Source: Proteobacteria bacterium UBA4457 (GTDB taxonomy: Bacteria > Pseudomonadota > Gammaproteobacteria > Ga0077536). From it: 64,000 nt of DNA. The notes under the pieces are model-generated. The model ran no database searches and had not been told where the DNA came from. It worked only from the letters and a program-made list of their open reading frames with translations. This document shows positions 33,673 to 43,509 of this stretch, piece after piece. The DNA lies in assembly GCA_002390205.1 (NCBI GenBank), contig DGOV01000074.1:15759-79758 (forward strand), in the 5' to 3' direction. Every line of letters begins with the position of its first letter. Positions within the stretch are counted from its first letter, which is position 1. A program made the translations under genes and the position numbers.

Positions 33673-34836
33673 ATGAAAACCTCCGACACAGGCCTTTCTC
33701 TTATAAAGGAATTCGAAGGACTTCGTTTAACTTCGTATTATTGTTCAAGTGAAGAATTGACTGTGGGATATGGCAAAACAGGGCCTGAGGTCTACGAGGG
33801 AATGACTATAACAAAATCTCAGGCTGAAACTTTTCTCCTCGAAGATGTTACTTATTTCGAAAAAGCTGTTAACGATCTGGTCGACGTCGACTTAACTCAA
33901 AACGAGTTTGATTCTCTGGTCTCATTTTCTTTCAACTGCGGAGTGTCTTCTTTGAAGGAGTCTACTTTGTTGCGTAGATTAAACGCTAATGAAGAAAAAA
34001 ATTGCGTTTTTCGCGAGGAACTCCCTAAGTGGATTAATGGCAATGATGGACCCGTTCCTGGTTTAATAAGAAGAAGGGCTGCCGAATTGGAGCTAGCCAT
34101 CACCGAACAAGGAGATCTTGACTCTACGTTTATTGAAAATGCTATAAAATACTATCAGGGGCTCAGCCATCAGACTAAAGCTTTTGTTGATTTATGGGAG
34201 GCGTCTTCAGAAGAGGACCGGAATGTTTTCGTCAAGACTTACCGTGATCAACCTAAAGGGAAGCCTGCCTTAATAGCGAAGCAGTCTAAAAAGCTTTTTC
34301 CTTTGGGTGTGCCCTATTTCTATCAGCATGACTCCGAGACAGCTAATGGTGGACGAATGTGCTTTACATCATCAATGGCGATGGCCCTGGACTATATTGA
34401 CCCCGAAAAAATAGACGGAGATGATGACTGGTATTTGAGCATAGTATTATACTATGGAGATACAGTATCTAGTGAGGCACAAATCAAGGCAGCTAAATCG
34501 CTGGGTTTTGATGCTAAGTTTAAAATGGATGGAAGGGAAGAAGACCTTTGCGATTTGCTTGACAATGGAATTCCTGTTCCTATTGGCATCTTGCATCATA
34601 GTCATATTGACTCTGGCCCAAGCGGTGGAGGACATTGGATCTGTCTTATAGGTTACGATGAAACATATTTTTACGTGCATGATCCGGCGGGAGAACTTGA
34701 CTTAATAAATGGAGGCTACAGTTCTTCTTTTTCTTCAGGCAAAAACTTGCGCTATACTAGGAAAAATTTAATGAAAAGATGGTTGATCTCCAATAATCAC
34801 GACGGATGGTACGTTGATCTTTCTTATTTTAGGTAG
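33673..34836 (+). CDS. Bifunctional endolysin: GH24 lysozyme + C39-like cysteine peptidase domain
   Basis: N-terminus 'GLSLIKEFEGLRLTSYYCSSEELTVGYG...NEFDSLVSFSFNCG...GLIRRRAAE' is T4/P22-type lysozyme. C-terminus 'GGRMCFTSSMAMAL...GGGHWICLIGYDETYFYVHDP' gives a Cys/His/Asp papain-like set. Confidence 0.85.
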   Translation: MKTSDTGLSLIKEFEGLRLTSYYCSSEELTVGYGKTGPEVYEGMTITKSQAETFLLEDVTYFEKAVNDLVDVDLTQNEFDSLVSFSFNCGVSSLKESTLLRRLNANEEKNCVFREELPKWINGNDGPVPGLIRRRAAELELAITEQGDLDSTFIENAIKYYQGLSHQTKAFVDLWEASSEEDRNVFVKTYRDQPKGKPALIAKQSKKLFPLGVPYFYQHDSETANGGRMCFTSSMAMALDYIDPEKIDGDDDWYLSIVLYYGDTVSSEAQIKAAKSLGFDAKFKMDGREEDLCDLLDNGIPVPIGILHHSHIDSGPSGGGHWICLIGYDETYFYVHDPAGELDLINGGYSSSFSSGKNLRYTRKNLMKRWLISNNHDGWYVDLSYFR

Positions 34837-34859
34837 CCTTTTTCGATTCTTTCATTTCC

Positions 34860-35075
34860 ATGCAACAAGTCGTTTTAAGCTATCTACCTGGATACATGTG
34901 GTCGCACGGGACTCTTCTGTCTACGGGAGCAGCTATTCCGCCTACTCAACACATGGACAAGAAAACTGGGGATATTAAGTTCTACGTTCGTCCTTTGTTT
35001 CCTTGTGGCTCTAGCATTGGAATGTTCATTTCAAAAAAAGGAATCATCAGTGCTATTAAACGAGGGCAAGTCTAA
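34860..35075 (+). CDS. Hypothetical protein (71 aa)
   Basis: ORF in the track. Last + strand gene before the minus-strand replication block. Confidence 0.35.
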   Translation: MQQVVLSYLPGYMWSHGTLLSTGAAIPPTQHMDKKTGDIKFYVRPLFPCGSSIGMFISKKGIISAIKRGQV

Positions 35076-35489
35076 CTATTCTTCGTACTCTAGTCCTTCT
35101 ATTGATTCGACAAGAGGTTTAAAGTACGAATGAACTGAGACCGAATCCCACTGACATTCTTCGATCAAGCGAACACCTACCATATTCAAGGCTTCTGAAT
35201 GATCATCTGTCCAGCTATCATCTGCTTCTGCGCTTTCTTTGATTCGAATAGCTGCTTGCATTAAAGCTAGCTCTAGCTGAACCTTCAGATGTTCTGTTTC
35301 GGACTGCTCTTCCTTTACTCTGTTCCCATCTACTCGCTTCAGTAGCCACATGCATAGATGAGCATAAGTTACTTTATTGAAAGTAAAAACTTTTACAGTT
35401 AAGAAAATGAGCAGATTTGCGACAAAGTCAGTAACGCCTGCAAATGCAATACAGCTATGAGCTATAAGGTCATAAAGGTAGGTTTTCAT
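35076..35489 (-). CDS. Hypothetical protein (137 aa) with a hydrophobic N-terminus
   Basis: ORF in the track, downstream of the helicase on the minus strand. Confidence 0.45.
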   Translation of the reverse strand: MKTYLYDLIAHSCIAFAGVTDFVANLLIFLTVKVFTFNKVTYAHLCMWLLKRVDGNRVKEEQSETEHLKVQLELALMQAAIRIKESAEADDSWTDDHSEALNMVGVRLIEECQWDSVSVHSYFKPLVESIEGLEYEE

Positions 35490-35513
35490 TGTCTTGATCT
35501 TTCTATAATCAGT

Positions 35514-37199
35514 TTACCAGTTTGAAGGGCTGTCCGCTGTTTGATTAGTAAAATCCTGCTTGACAGAGCTGAACTTGTAATCCATAGACAGGATCGACTT
35601 GTCGACAAAAGTCTTCAGGCCTGTGATTTTATTACCACGCCACAATGCTTGTCGCCCCCTGGTCTTACAGTGCCAAAACTCAAGATTGCCGGTCCAATGA
35701 CGATCGTCCCCACTTCCTTCCATTTCCTTTCTAACGATCCATACTGCATGACTAACATGAGACAAGGCATCAGTTCCTCTAATCTGATCCAACTTTGGAG
35801 TTTCTTTCTGGCTTAGAGAGTCCATTCCCACACGATTCATCTGAGCTAAAACTATTAAGTCAACTTCTAGCTCTTTAGCGGCATTCATTAATTTGTAAGC
35901 ACGATCTTCAAGCATACCAGCTTCATTGCTAGGAGCGCCTTTATGGCGAGACAGTACGTGAAAATGATCTATTACAACGCAGCGAAGATCAGGGTTTTTT
36001 GCTTTCATAGATCGCATTGAATTGATAACTGAATCAACACAAGCCCCCCAAGGGTCTTCTATTAGTATCTTCCCCCCAGCTTCTTGGATGGCTGCAGCGG
36101 CCATCATTAGATTAGCGCTTACCTTCTCGCGATTACCTGAGGGTGAATCTATGTCACCGACTTCAGCCCAATGAGTATTTGGGTTGCATTGATGAGTGGC
36201 AGCGGACCAAAGACGTGCATAAATGGCTGCTTTGTCAAGCTCTGCAGAGATAAAGCCGACAGTTAGTCCCTCTTTTGCAAGGTTGACTGCAGCGAAAACG
36301 CCCAAAATAGTCTTTCCTACACCAGTACGAGCGGCCAAAGAGAAAAGGCGACCACCCGCTGACTGTCCAGGAACACGAACGCCTCCCTCCATGTCGATAT
36401 CCATAGCAGTCATTCCGGTGCTGATAGGTTTAGCCTGCTCCCGAGCGTTCATTATCTGATCGATCAGTGAGACTCGGCCATCCTTAGGACTAACAAGGTC
36501 TTCTACTGCATCGACAGCATTCCCTTGACTCCCTACCGAGCCTCGAAGCATTCCCAGGCAGGTCATTAGCTCCTGTTGTTGGGCTTCAATAGCTTTTTCC
36601 AGCTTAGTATCCGATTTTATTGCCTGGCCTCCAATATGTTGAGCATCTTTAAATGTTGCTCGTGCTCTCGCTTGACGAAGGAGATCTATAGCAACAGCCC
36701 ACTCCGACTCAGCATCCCCATAAGTACGCATCGTTTCGCGTTGACTTAAGTTGGCAACTGTCTGATTAAAACTTAAAGCTGAGATCGTCGGATTACGAGT
36801 AAATGACTCAATCAACGTTTGAGGATTTATTATTGATGCTCCGTCAGCAGTACCATTGTAAATCATGTCGATTTGAGTGCCAATAGCGCAAAAAGCCTCC
36901 GACGACCAAAGCTGTGTAGGGAGTTCTTGGCCATGTCCAATACCTACGCCACAACGGAGGTCTGCCCATAGCTCTCTTGCCTTTCCTGAAGGGCTAGTCA
37001 ATATACGGCAAAGCACGATGGCTTCTTGATCTTGAGTATTGTCTTTCTCTGCCATCGTTGATGGTTGAATCTTCTCGATAATTCGACTAAGGCCTAAGAC
37101 TGTTTCAACTTCGTCCTTTTGGCAGCCAACAATTCGTCCGTCTTCGGCCTCAAGTAGTCCAAGGTCAACAGCTTTCTGTATGTAGAAAGGGAAGGTCAT
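35514..37199 (-). CDS. dnaB: DnaB-type replicative helicase
   Basis: RecA-type core with Walker A 'ARTGVGKT' and Walker B 'RCVVIDHFHVL', plus 'LIVLAQMNR'. 561 aa with an N-terminal accessory region. Confidence 0.8.
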   Translation of the reverse strand: MTFPFYIQKAVDLGLLEAEDGRIVGCQKDEVETVLGLSRIIEKIQPSTMAEKDNTQDQEAIVLCRILTSPSGKARELWADLRCGVGIGHGQELPTQLWSSEAFCAIGTQIDMIYNGTADGASIINPQTLIESFTRNPTISALSFNQTVANLSQRETMRTYGDAESEWAVAIDLLRQARARATFKDAQHIGGQAIKSDTKLEKAIEAQQQELMTCLGMLRGSVGSQGNAVDAVEDLVSPKDGRVSLIDQIMNAREQAKPISTGMTAMDIDMEGGVRVPGQSAGGRLFSLAARTGVGKTILGVFAAVNLAKEGLTVGFISAELDKAAIYARLWSAATHQCNPNTHWAEVGDIDSPSGNREKVSANLMMAAAAIQEAGGKILIEDPWGACVDSVINSMRSMKAKNPDLRCVVIDHFHVLSRHKGAPSNEAGMLEDRAYKLMNAAKELEVDLIVLAQMNRVGMDSLSQKETPKLDQIRGTDALSHVSHAVWIVRKEMEGSGDDRHWTGNLEFWHCKTRGRQALWRGNKITGLKTFVDKSILSMDYKFSSVKQDFTNQTADSPSNW

Positions 37200-37209
37200 A
37201 TAAAAAATG

Positions 37210-38139
37210 TCAAGGGAGATAGTAAAGAGCTTTTTGGTTCATCTTCCCGGACCAAAAAACGGGTTTGCCGTCTGCATAATAAACGCGAGCCGTCGTCCTG
37301 TCAACTTTTTCAGATTTTCTTAGAATCGCCTGCTCTTTTTCTTGACCTTCATTCCAGTCAGAAACTTCATGAACTTCAATATTTTGAACGGGAAAGCCTT
37401 TAGCAGTGTACCAGTCCAGAAAATCTGCTTCTTTCCCAGCAAAAGCAGCACTTTTTGCTTCTTTAGTCTGTCCTTGCTTGTAGAGCTTTTCTACACTTTG
37501 GAACTTTTTATCTTCGATCTCTGCCGAATAGCCAAAGATGTTTGAAACTTTAAAAGTTTTAGAAGACCACCAGGTGTCAGCCTTCAAGCCGCGGCAAATA
37601 GCCTTAACGAAGTCTTCGTAACATTCTCGCCCAATCTTCAATCGTTTGGCTTGAATTTCTACGGCAATCCATGTAGCGGGATTCATAGCGCTGCGTTCTT
37701 CTACGTAGCTTTCAGGTTTAAAGCTGTTCCAAGTCTTAACAAAAACGGCCTTAGCTTCTTTTTCGTTGACTTGATTGACCCGACGAGGCTCAGCCTTCAT
37801 CTCATCTGCGATTGTTTGCTCCTTCTTTTCAGCGACCTTCGGTAGCGTCTTCTTGGATATTGGTTCAGACGGAACAACCAAGTGAAGGTCGTCATCTCGC
37901 TTAATAAGTAGTCCAGCCTCTTTCAGATCCTTCATTACTCGAAAAAGAGCCGAGCGATTATAGCCTAGGGTCTCAGCTATCGTCTCTATATTTCTATAGC
38001 TTCGAGAGTACTCTCCATGATCCAAGCTAGCCAACCTAATCCACGCTCTTTCCATCGCTGGACTTAGATTCGCAGCAAAAACAGCATTTGGAACCCTTGT
38101 AAAGCTTTCGGAGGCACTGTCCAGTCGGACTACTCTCAT
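37210..38139 (-). CDS. Winged-helix DNA-binding protein; replication initiator / helicase-loader candidate
   Basis: wHTH 'SYRNIETIAETLGYNRSALFRVMKDLKEAGLL'. Immediately upstream of the helicase and faces the divergent control region. Confidence 0.5.
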   Translation of the reverse strand: MRVVRLDSASESFTRVPNAVFAANLSPAMERAWIRLASLDHGEYSRSYRNIETIAETLGYNRSALFRVMKDLKEAGLLIKRDDDLHLVVPSEPISKKTLPKVAEKKEQTIADEMKAEPRRVNQVNEKEAKAVFVKTWNSFKPESYVEERSAMNPATWIAVEIQAKRLKIGRECYEDFVKAICRGLKADTWWSSKTFKVSNIFGYSAEIEDKKFQSVEKLYKQGQTKEAKSAAFAGKEADFLDWYTAKGFPVQNIEVHEVSDWNEGQEKEQAILRKSEKVDRTTARVYYADGKPVFWSGKMNQKALYYLP

Positions 38140-38380
38140 AAAGGTCTAGGTTGAAGTCTTTTCACTCTAGCAGAAGAGTCTCAGAATTGCAACGCTTTTG
38201 TTGCAGTAACGAGAGTCCCAATAACGAGACTATTTTGGTGCTGTTTCTGGACTTTCTTAGTCGCAGTTTCAGGACTCCTCTTATATCTAATACTTAAAAA
38301 GATCCATTAAGCCTTTGGAACGAATTTCAAGAATCAAAAAAGACCAAGCTAGAGTGGCTTACGCTGAAGGAGGTAGAGCC
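38140..38380. promoter_or_regulatory. Divergent control region (candidate promoters, operators or origin)
   Basis: 241-bp spacer between divergent gene blocks. Hairpin TGCAAC-gctttt-GTTGCA at 38188-38205. Direct repeat TAACGAGA at 38207 and 38222. Repeated GAGTC/GACTC-type pentamers. Confidence 0.45.
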
Positions 38381-38635
38381 ATGGGGCGGCAAATTCTTTA
38401 CGACCCATTAGCCGAAAGCCGACTCTGGAAAATGGTTGGCAGCTTGAAGCTGTGGCCTAGGTGGTACCTAAAAGCTTTCGCTCGACTCTATGCCGAAGAA
38501 AATCCTTCAGAATATGAACGAATCAGAAAGAGAAAATACCGTCAGCATAAAACGAAAGAGACGGGCCTCAAGAGGCTGAATGAAACCAGGGAACAAGCGA
38601 TCCAGGACTTAGGTCAACCATCTCGCGATCAGTGA
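38381..38635 (+). CDS. Hypothetical basic protein (84 aa)
   Basis: ATG 38381 has a strong RBS 'gaaggagg'. The track's TTG 38315 has none. Confidence 0.5.
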   Translation: MGRQILYDPLAESRLWKMVGSLKLWPRWYLKAFARLYAEENPSEYERIRKRKYRQHKTKETGLKRLNETREQAIQDLGQPSRDQ

Positions 38636-38676
38636 GCTGCTAGACTGAAAAGGCAAACCTCTAGAAGGAACCGAAA

Positions 38677-39375
38677 TTGGCTGAATTCCCTAATCTCGCT
38701 GGAGTGGTCACAAAAGATCTTGTTGAGTCGATTGGGACAGGTAAGTATTCTGCCAGTTACGTCAACTGGTCAAGAACACATCAACTCCTGCGCCAACACG
38801 CTCCTGGCTGGTCCGTCGAAGTTAAAGAGCATAGTCCGACCGGCGAAATCTTATTCCGTGCCCCAGTGGGAGGTTATTTGCAGCTCAGAGTCAGCCATGT
38901 CGATGGCACTGTGGGTCCCTGGGTGCCACAAGCTGTTATGGATAATCGCAACAAAGATATCCCTATTGATAGGATTGGAGCTCGAGACATTACGGACACT
39001 CACAGGCGAGGCTCTTGCATGTGCCTGGCTTATTCTTTCGGCCTAGCAGGTGAGTTGTGGGCAAAAATGAAGCTCGAAGCCGGCTGGGGTCTCGACCAAG
39101 GAGAAACATCTGAACCTCTTAAGTCCTCAACCCAAGGACAACCAAAGTCGCAGCCTGCTCCTATCTCGAATCCTAGCGTCAGTCCAACCTGCACAGAGGA
39201 GTCCTTTCGCGAGGCCCTTCTCTCGAAGGGCGTCAATACAACCGCTATCGATGCATGCGTCGAAATCGTTATCAACAAGCTCAACGGAGATTTCGGACAA
39301 GGAATCCGTCAGGTCGGAACAAAGTCAACAGAAGAGCTTAACGAAAAATACGGATCCCAGCCAAAGACTTGGTGA
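38677..39375 (+). CDS. Single-strand annealing protein (Rad52/Sak-like, DUF1071-type)
   Basis: TTG start with RBS 'gaagga'. Motifs 'YSASYVNWSRTHQLLRQHAPGW', 'PQAVMDNRNKDI' and 'RRGSCMCLAYSFGLAGELWAK'. Confidence 0.6.
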   Translation: MAEFPNLAGVVTKDLVESIGTGKYSASYVNWSRTHQLLRQHAPGWSVEVKEHSPTGEILFRAPVGGYLQLRVSHVDGTVGPWVPQAVMDNRNKDIPIDRIGARDITDTHRRGSCMCLAYSFGLAGELWAKMKLEAGWGLDQGETSEPLKSSTQGQPKSQPAPISNPSVSPTCTEESFREALLSKGVNTTAIDACVEIVINKLNGDFGQGIRQVGTKSTEELNEKYGSQPKTW

Positions 39376-39485
39376 CATAGAAAGAGCTTGTCAATCGTTG
39401 GCCGGCTTTTTTCGTGGAACCATTATTTGAAGCCAAGAGCAGTATTTTGTGGTATTATTTATCTGTACCTTCGAAAGGAACCGCA

Positions 39486-40298
39486 ATGGCTGACTCGTCC
39501 TCATCAGGCTCCATCGCCACCTGGCTCGATGGAGCTGGTCGTCGCAAAACTCGAAACAAAAGCGATACTTTGGAAATTTGCGCTAGAATGTCCAAGCTTA
39601 AGCCCGGGAGCAAGCTTTACGTTAAATATCTAAACAAAGCTTGTGAAATGAATCTTTTACTAGTAGCCAATGCCGTACGTCTTTTTATCCGCAAAAGATC
39701 GTCAGTGAATTGGCGCGACACCCATACAGAGGACCTTCTTCAACAAGGATATTTTGGGCTAAGACGCGCTGTCGAAAAATTCGATCCGAGCTTGGGATAT
39801 GCTTTCAGTACTTACGCTATGCCGTGGATCCGACAAGCAATTAGCCGTTACCATAACAGCAAAGCTTCTATGATCTACATCCCAGAAGGCGTCTCTCAGC
39901 AGGTTTTTTATATTGCCAAGCACGGCAAGAAGAAGATAAACGGATCAGGATTGGCCACCAATGATCGTTTGCTAGATGCGGCTCGTTACGCTATGAGGCC
40001 TCTTTGTCTTGATGCTCCTTGTGATAGAAAAGAGAACTCACGGCCTTTGCACGAAACTGTTCCCTACGTTACCCCCGAGCCAACTTACACTGAAGAAGAA
40101 CCAAACTGGGCTACTCAGATGCTTGGTGAGGCTATTGACACCGCAGGGTTGAGCGGCCTGGAAGCCAGCTTAATTCGTTCCTACGCCCACGCCGGTCGCA
40201 TTTCTTCCGCGGCTCGTAGTTGTGGATTGTCAGAGCACAAGGCTAGGCCAATTATCCGAAATGCTGTCGAAAAGATTAAAGCTGCTCACCATTCGTGA
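39486..40298 (+). CDS. Sigma-70 family sigma factor (regions 2 and 4 present)
   Basis: Region 2 'QQGYFGLRRAVEKFDPSLGYAFSTYAMPWIRQAISRY'. C-terminal HTH 'ISSAARSCGLSEHKARPIIRNAVEKIK'. ATG 39486 is preferred over the track's GTG 39414. Confidence 0.8.
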   Translation: MADSSSSGSIATWLDGAGRRKTRNKSDTLEICARMSKLKPGSKLYVKYLNKACEMNLLLVANAVRLFIRKRSSVNWRDTHTEDLLQQGYFGLRRAVEKFDPSLGYAFSTYAMPWIRQAISRYHNSKASMIYIPEGVSQQVFYIAKHGKKKINGSGLATNDRLLDAARYAMRPLCLDAPCDRKENSRPLHETVPYVTPEPTYTEEEPNWATQMLGEAIDTAGLSGLEASLIRSYAHAGRISSAARSCGLSEHKARPIIRNAVEKIKAAHHS

Positions 40299-40335
40299 TA
40301 CACTGGAACCAACCCAACCTTATTGAGGAAACGAA

Positions 40336-40710
40336 ATGACATCAGTCTCCCTGGCAGGAAAAGTAACAGGGAAGGAAGAAGAGCCTCCCGTTACTGTTCG
40401 CGAATTTGGGAATGGAGGCAAAATCGCAAGGTTCTCTGTGCTTGACAATGAGTATTTTTACGTCAAACAGACAGATGACCGCAAGCTTCAATTCTATACT
40501 GTCGAGGTATCCGGAAAACAAGCTGAAATTGTAGCTGAGCGATTAGCCCGAGGAGATCAAGTTGGTGTTCATGGCCAGCTTATACAGCGAGACTGGAATG
40601 GCAAAACCTTTCTTGACGTTAAAAACGCTCGAATCACATTCCTTACACCTCGACCAGAAGCAGACGTAACGCCTGGTTCTGTTGCTGATGAAGATTCTGC
40701 TTTGTTTTGA
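40336..40710 (+). CDS. ssb: Single-stranded DNA-binding protein
   Basis: OB-fold-like 124 aa ('FYTVEVSGKQAEIVAERLARGDQVGVHGQL') with an acidic C-terminal tail 'ADEDSALF'. Confidence 0.75.
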   Translation: MTSVSLAGKVTGKEEEPPVTVREFGNGGKIARFSVLDNEYFYVKQTDDRKLQFYTVEVSGKQAEIVAERLARGDQVGVHGQLIQRDWNGKTFLDVKNARITFLTPRPEADVTPGSVADEDSALF

Positions 40711-40712
40711 TA

Positions 40713-40732
40713 GGTAGCCTAGTCTGGCTACC
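40713..40732 (+). other. Hairpin GGTAGCC-tagtct-GGCTACC directly after ssb
   Basis: Perfect 7-bp stem with a weak T-tract. A stronger terminator follows at 40774. Confidence 0.4.
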
Positions 40733-40773
40733 CCTTATTTATCGTCTCCGCGACGCTTAATAAAAACTACATC

Positions 40774-40802
40774 CCTACTGGCAAAAACCAGTAGGTTTTT
40801 TT
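40774..40802 (+). terminator. Rho-independent terminator
   Basis: CCTACTGG-caaaaa-CCAGTAGG stem followed by TTTTTTT. Confidence 0.85.
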
Positions 40803-40834
40803 GTGCTAAAATAGTCATTCCAAGAGGTAGTACC

Positions 40835-41263
40835 ATGAATCACAGCTTTAATTTCTCTATAGAAGAGTCGGAGGTTTGCCCAGGGACCGTGGGCCTTTTA
40901 ATAGAAGATCAGCCTAAGCTTACGACAGCGCATGTCCGCCCCTTCGTTTGGTCCATCCTTTTGTTTCGCGGTGGCGTTCATAGCTGGGAAGTGGTCAGTG
41001 TTTTAAGTAGCGTGTGCAGCGTAGAAGATATGAAGATTAATGATGAAGATGATGACGACAGGAATTGGGCCGAAATTTGTGTTGATAACGTTTTAGCCGA
41101 AATGGTCATCGAAGGCTTGCTTGAGTACAACCAAGAAAAAGATATCTGGGTTTTGCGTTATACTCCAAAAGCAGTACCTGTTGTAATAAAAGCTGTCTCA
41201 GGTGTTAATGGATCGATACCAAAGCATTTCATCCTAGAAATGAGTAAGGGAGGCTTCAATTGA
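40835..41263 (+). CDS. Hypothetical protein (142 aa), possible winged-helix
   Basis: ORF with RBS 'agaggtag'. 'VLAEMVIEGLLEYNQEKDIWVL' is wHTH-like (weak). Confidence 0.45.
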   Translation: MNHSFNFSIEESEVCPGTVGLLIEDQPKLTTAHVRPFVWSILLFRGGVHSWEVVSVLSSVCSVEDMKINDEDDDDRNWAEICVDNVLAEMVIEGLLEYNQEKDIWVLRYTPKAVPVVIKAVSGVNGSIPKHFILEMSKGGFN

Positions 41264-41285
41264 AGCCAACAGAGGAAGCGTTTTA

Positions 41286-41552
41286 ATGGGACGTCTAAAC
41301 AAAGAGACTGGAGAGTTTAAACCAAAGCCTTCAGTCAATAGTCGAACAGTTTTCATGCAACAACGACCTCAGCCACTTAGGTCTTGCGCCAAGGGCACAG
41401 ATGTCTACGTGCGAATGGGAGCTGGTTGGTCTAAAGGTACTGTGTTAAGCTGGTCAAGGAGATCTATCTGCTGCTATTGCCCTCAACTAAAAAAACAAGT
41501 TAGCGTTTACGACAACCGATCAATTCGCCTACCTGGCGACCCTAAATTCTAA
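41286..41552 (+). CDS. Hypothetical protein (88 aa)
   Basis: ORF in the track. Basic, with a possible SH3/KOW-like 'KGTDVYVRMGAGWSKGTVLSW'. Confidence 0.45.
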   Translation: MGRLNKETGEFKPKPSVNSRTVFMQQRPQPLRSCAKGTDVYVRMGAGWSKGTVLSWSRRSICCYCPQLKKQVSVYDNRSIRLPGDPKF

Positions 41553-41566
41553 AAGGACTGCATTGC

Positions 41567-42205
41567 ATGAACACACAAAACGAAATCTGCAAAGTTTGCG
41601 ACGAGATCAAGGCGCTCCTGCTTGAGAAAAACCTTAAGTATGGTGACTCTGCTATCAATCCTCAGAGGGTTTTCAGTAGAGCTAGCTCTGTCGAGCAATT
41701 GAACGTCAGGATTGACGATAAGCTGTCCCGCATCAAGGAGTCAGGTACGATAAGCGTAGACGAAGACACCTTGCAAGACCTAATAGGATATCTAGTGCTT
41801 TTGAGGATTGCTACGTCACAGAGAGAAAAGCTAATCCCTTTTGCCACTACTTACGAAGATTTCCTTGAGGATCGGATTCTGTCCGCTATGGTGGATGATG
41901 ATTTTGTTGATGGACATTCTTGGGATTATGATTGGACGTCTGACGAGGACATCGAGACACCTTGGGATACACTCTCGCCTAATGAGAATCCTCCTGAAGG
42001 GCGTTCAACCTTTAGCAAGGACAAATCCCCATGGGACCCCAATCTAGGTCCTACGGAGCCTCTATTAGAGGACTCAGAAGTGTCTGAAGCTATCGATCTA
42101 AAGCCTCTAAGCTTTTACACTGAAAACGAAATAGTCTCTATCATCGCTAAAGGAGAATCCGTAATTGGTATCAAAAAAGACGGTTCAACTTTTCTTCTTA
42201 ATTAA
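41567..42205 (+). CDS. DUF1599/MazG-like all-alpha NTP-pyrophosphohydrolase-fold protein with an acidic C-terminal extension
   Basis: N-terminus 'LLEKNLKYGDSAINPQRVF...LNVRIDDKLSRIK...LQDLIGYLVLLRI'. Confidence 0.5.
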   Translation: MNTQNEICKVCDEIKALLLEKNLKYGDSAINPQRVFSRASSVEQLNVRIDDKLSRIKESGTISVDEDTLQDLIGYLVLLRIATSQREKLIPFATTYEDFLEDRILSAMVDDDFVDGHSWDYDWTSDEDIETPWDTLSPNENPPEGRSTFSKDKSPWDPNLGPTEPLLEDSEVSEAIDLKPLSFYTENEIVSIIAKGESVIGIKKDGSTFLLN

Positions 42206-42598
42206 ATGACGAAACCTTTAGCAGAAATTGCTATTCAAATGCCTCTTTTCTCGAAGGCTCGACCAAGAGTCACCTCAAGAGGAACCTTCATGCCAAAGGA
42301 GTACAAGCAAAAGCAAAAAGAAATGCGTCGTCAGATTCAAGAGCAGTATTCTGGCGAGCCCTTCTCGGGACCCTTGAAGCTTGAAATTGAATTAAGAGGT
42401 GAAGGCCGTGGAGACATCGACAATATGATTGGAGCTTTTTTCGATACAGCGAATAAGATTTTGTGGACTGACGATCGAGTCTCAATAATTCCTGAAGTTT
42501 GTGTCTCGTGGTCAAGAGCTAAAAAGAATGAATCTTCATGGCTTATTAAGATTTACGAATCCAACGATAAAGATATATACAGATTGCCCTTGTCCTGA
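42206..42598 (+). CDS. rusA: RusA-type Holliday junction resolvase
   Basis: 130 aa with 'GDIDNMIGAFFDTANKILWTDDRVS'. Confidence 0.75.
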   Translation: MTKPLAEIAIQMPLFSKARPRVTSRGTFMPKEYKQKQKEMRRQIQEQYSGEPFSGPLKLEIELRGEGRGDIDNMIGAFFDTANKILWTDDRVSIIPEVCVSWSRAKKNESSWLIKIYESNDKDIYRLPLS

Positions 42599-42626
42599 TA
42601 CACTGAAAAGGGTCAGAGCATAACCT

Positions 42627-43466
42627 ATGGCAGAAGTCGTCTACAATCAAAACGAGTTTGACTATCGCCGAGAAGAAGGCGTGAATCAGTCTAGTCTCAA
42701 AAAAATCCTAGACAGCCCGGCACATTTCCAAGCCGCCTTGAAGTCTCGAATAATCCCTACTCCTGCGATGGAGATGGGAACGGCTCTTCACTGTTTATCT
42801 CTTGACGGAGAAGACGCTTTCAATGCTCAATACATAAAGAAGCCTGATGGCATAAAGCTAAACACCAAAGAAGGCAGGGAATGGAAAGAAGGGGTGGGCC
42901 GCAAGAAAATTCTTGCAGTAGGGGGCAAAGATGATCCGTGGGGGAGCGTCCAAGGGATGGCTAGTTCTCTTTCTCGTCTTGAGTACTACAACAACACTGG
43001 TCCTGAATATATCAAGCGGAATGAGGTGTCGATTTACTGGGAATGGGAAGGTGTCAAGTGTAAAGCTCGCCTAGATAGCGTACTAGTAGACGAAGGCATT
43101 GTTATCGACCTAAAGACTACCGACAGTGTAGACGTTGACCTGTTTACTAAAAAAGTCTTGGGGCTTGGATACGACTTTCAGGCTGCTTACTATGCCAAAG
43201 CAGCTCAAATGGCTTACGGAAGATCATTCAAGTTTATTTTCGCTTGCATAGAGCGGAGAGATCCCTTTTCTGTTGACCTGTTCGAGGTGGACGAGGAGAT
43301 GATGGCAGAGGCTACTGCAAAATGCATAGCTGCGTTGCGCCTTTACAAGACTTGCTCCTCTTTGGGAAATTGGTCCAATAGAGAGCCCAGGATGTACAGT
43401 CTTTCCTATCCTTCCTGGTACAAGCCTTACGGCTCACAGGAAGAACCTGTAGAAGACGTGTTTTAA
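42627..43466 (+). CDS. PD-(D/E)XK recombination exonuclease (RecE/exonuclease VIII-like)
   Basis: Motif 'RLDSVLVDEGIVIDLKTT' (D...D/ExK) and 'YDFQAAYY'. Confidence 0.7.
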   Translation: MAEVVYNQNEFDYRREEGVNQSSLKKILDSPAHFQAALKSRIIPTPAMEMGTALHCLSLDGEDAFNAQYIKKPDGIKLNTKEGREWKEGVGRKKILAVGGKDDPWGSVQGMASSLSRLEYYNNTGPEYIKRNEVSIYWEWEGVKCKARLDSVLVDEGIVIDLKTTDSVDVDLFTKKVLGLGYDFQAAYYAKAAQMAYGRSFKFIFACIERRDPFSVDLFEVDEEMMAEATAKCIAALRLYKTCSSLGNWSNREPRMYSLSYPSWYKPYGSQEEPVEDVF

Positions 43467-43509
43467 TTAAGATGCTAGTGCTAAAATCAAAATCATCATT
43501 CCTGGATTC

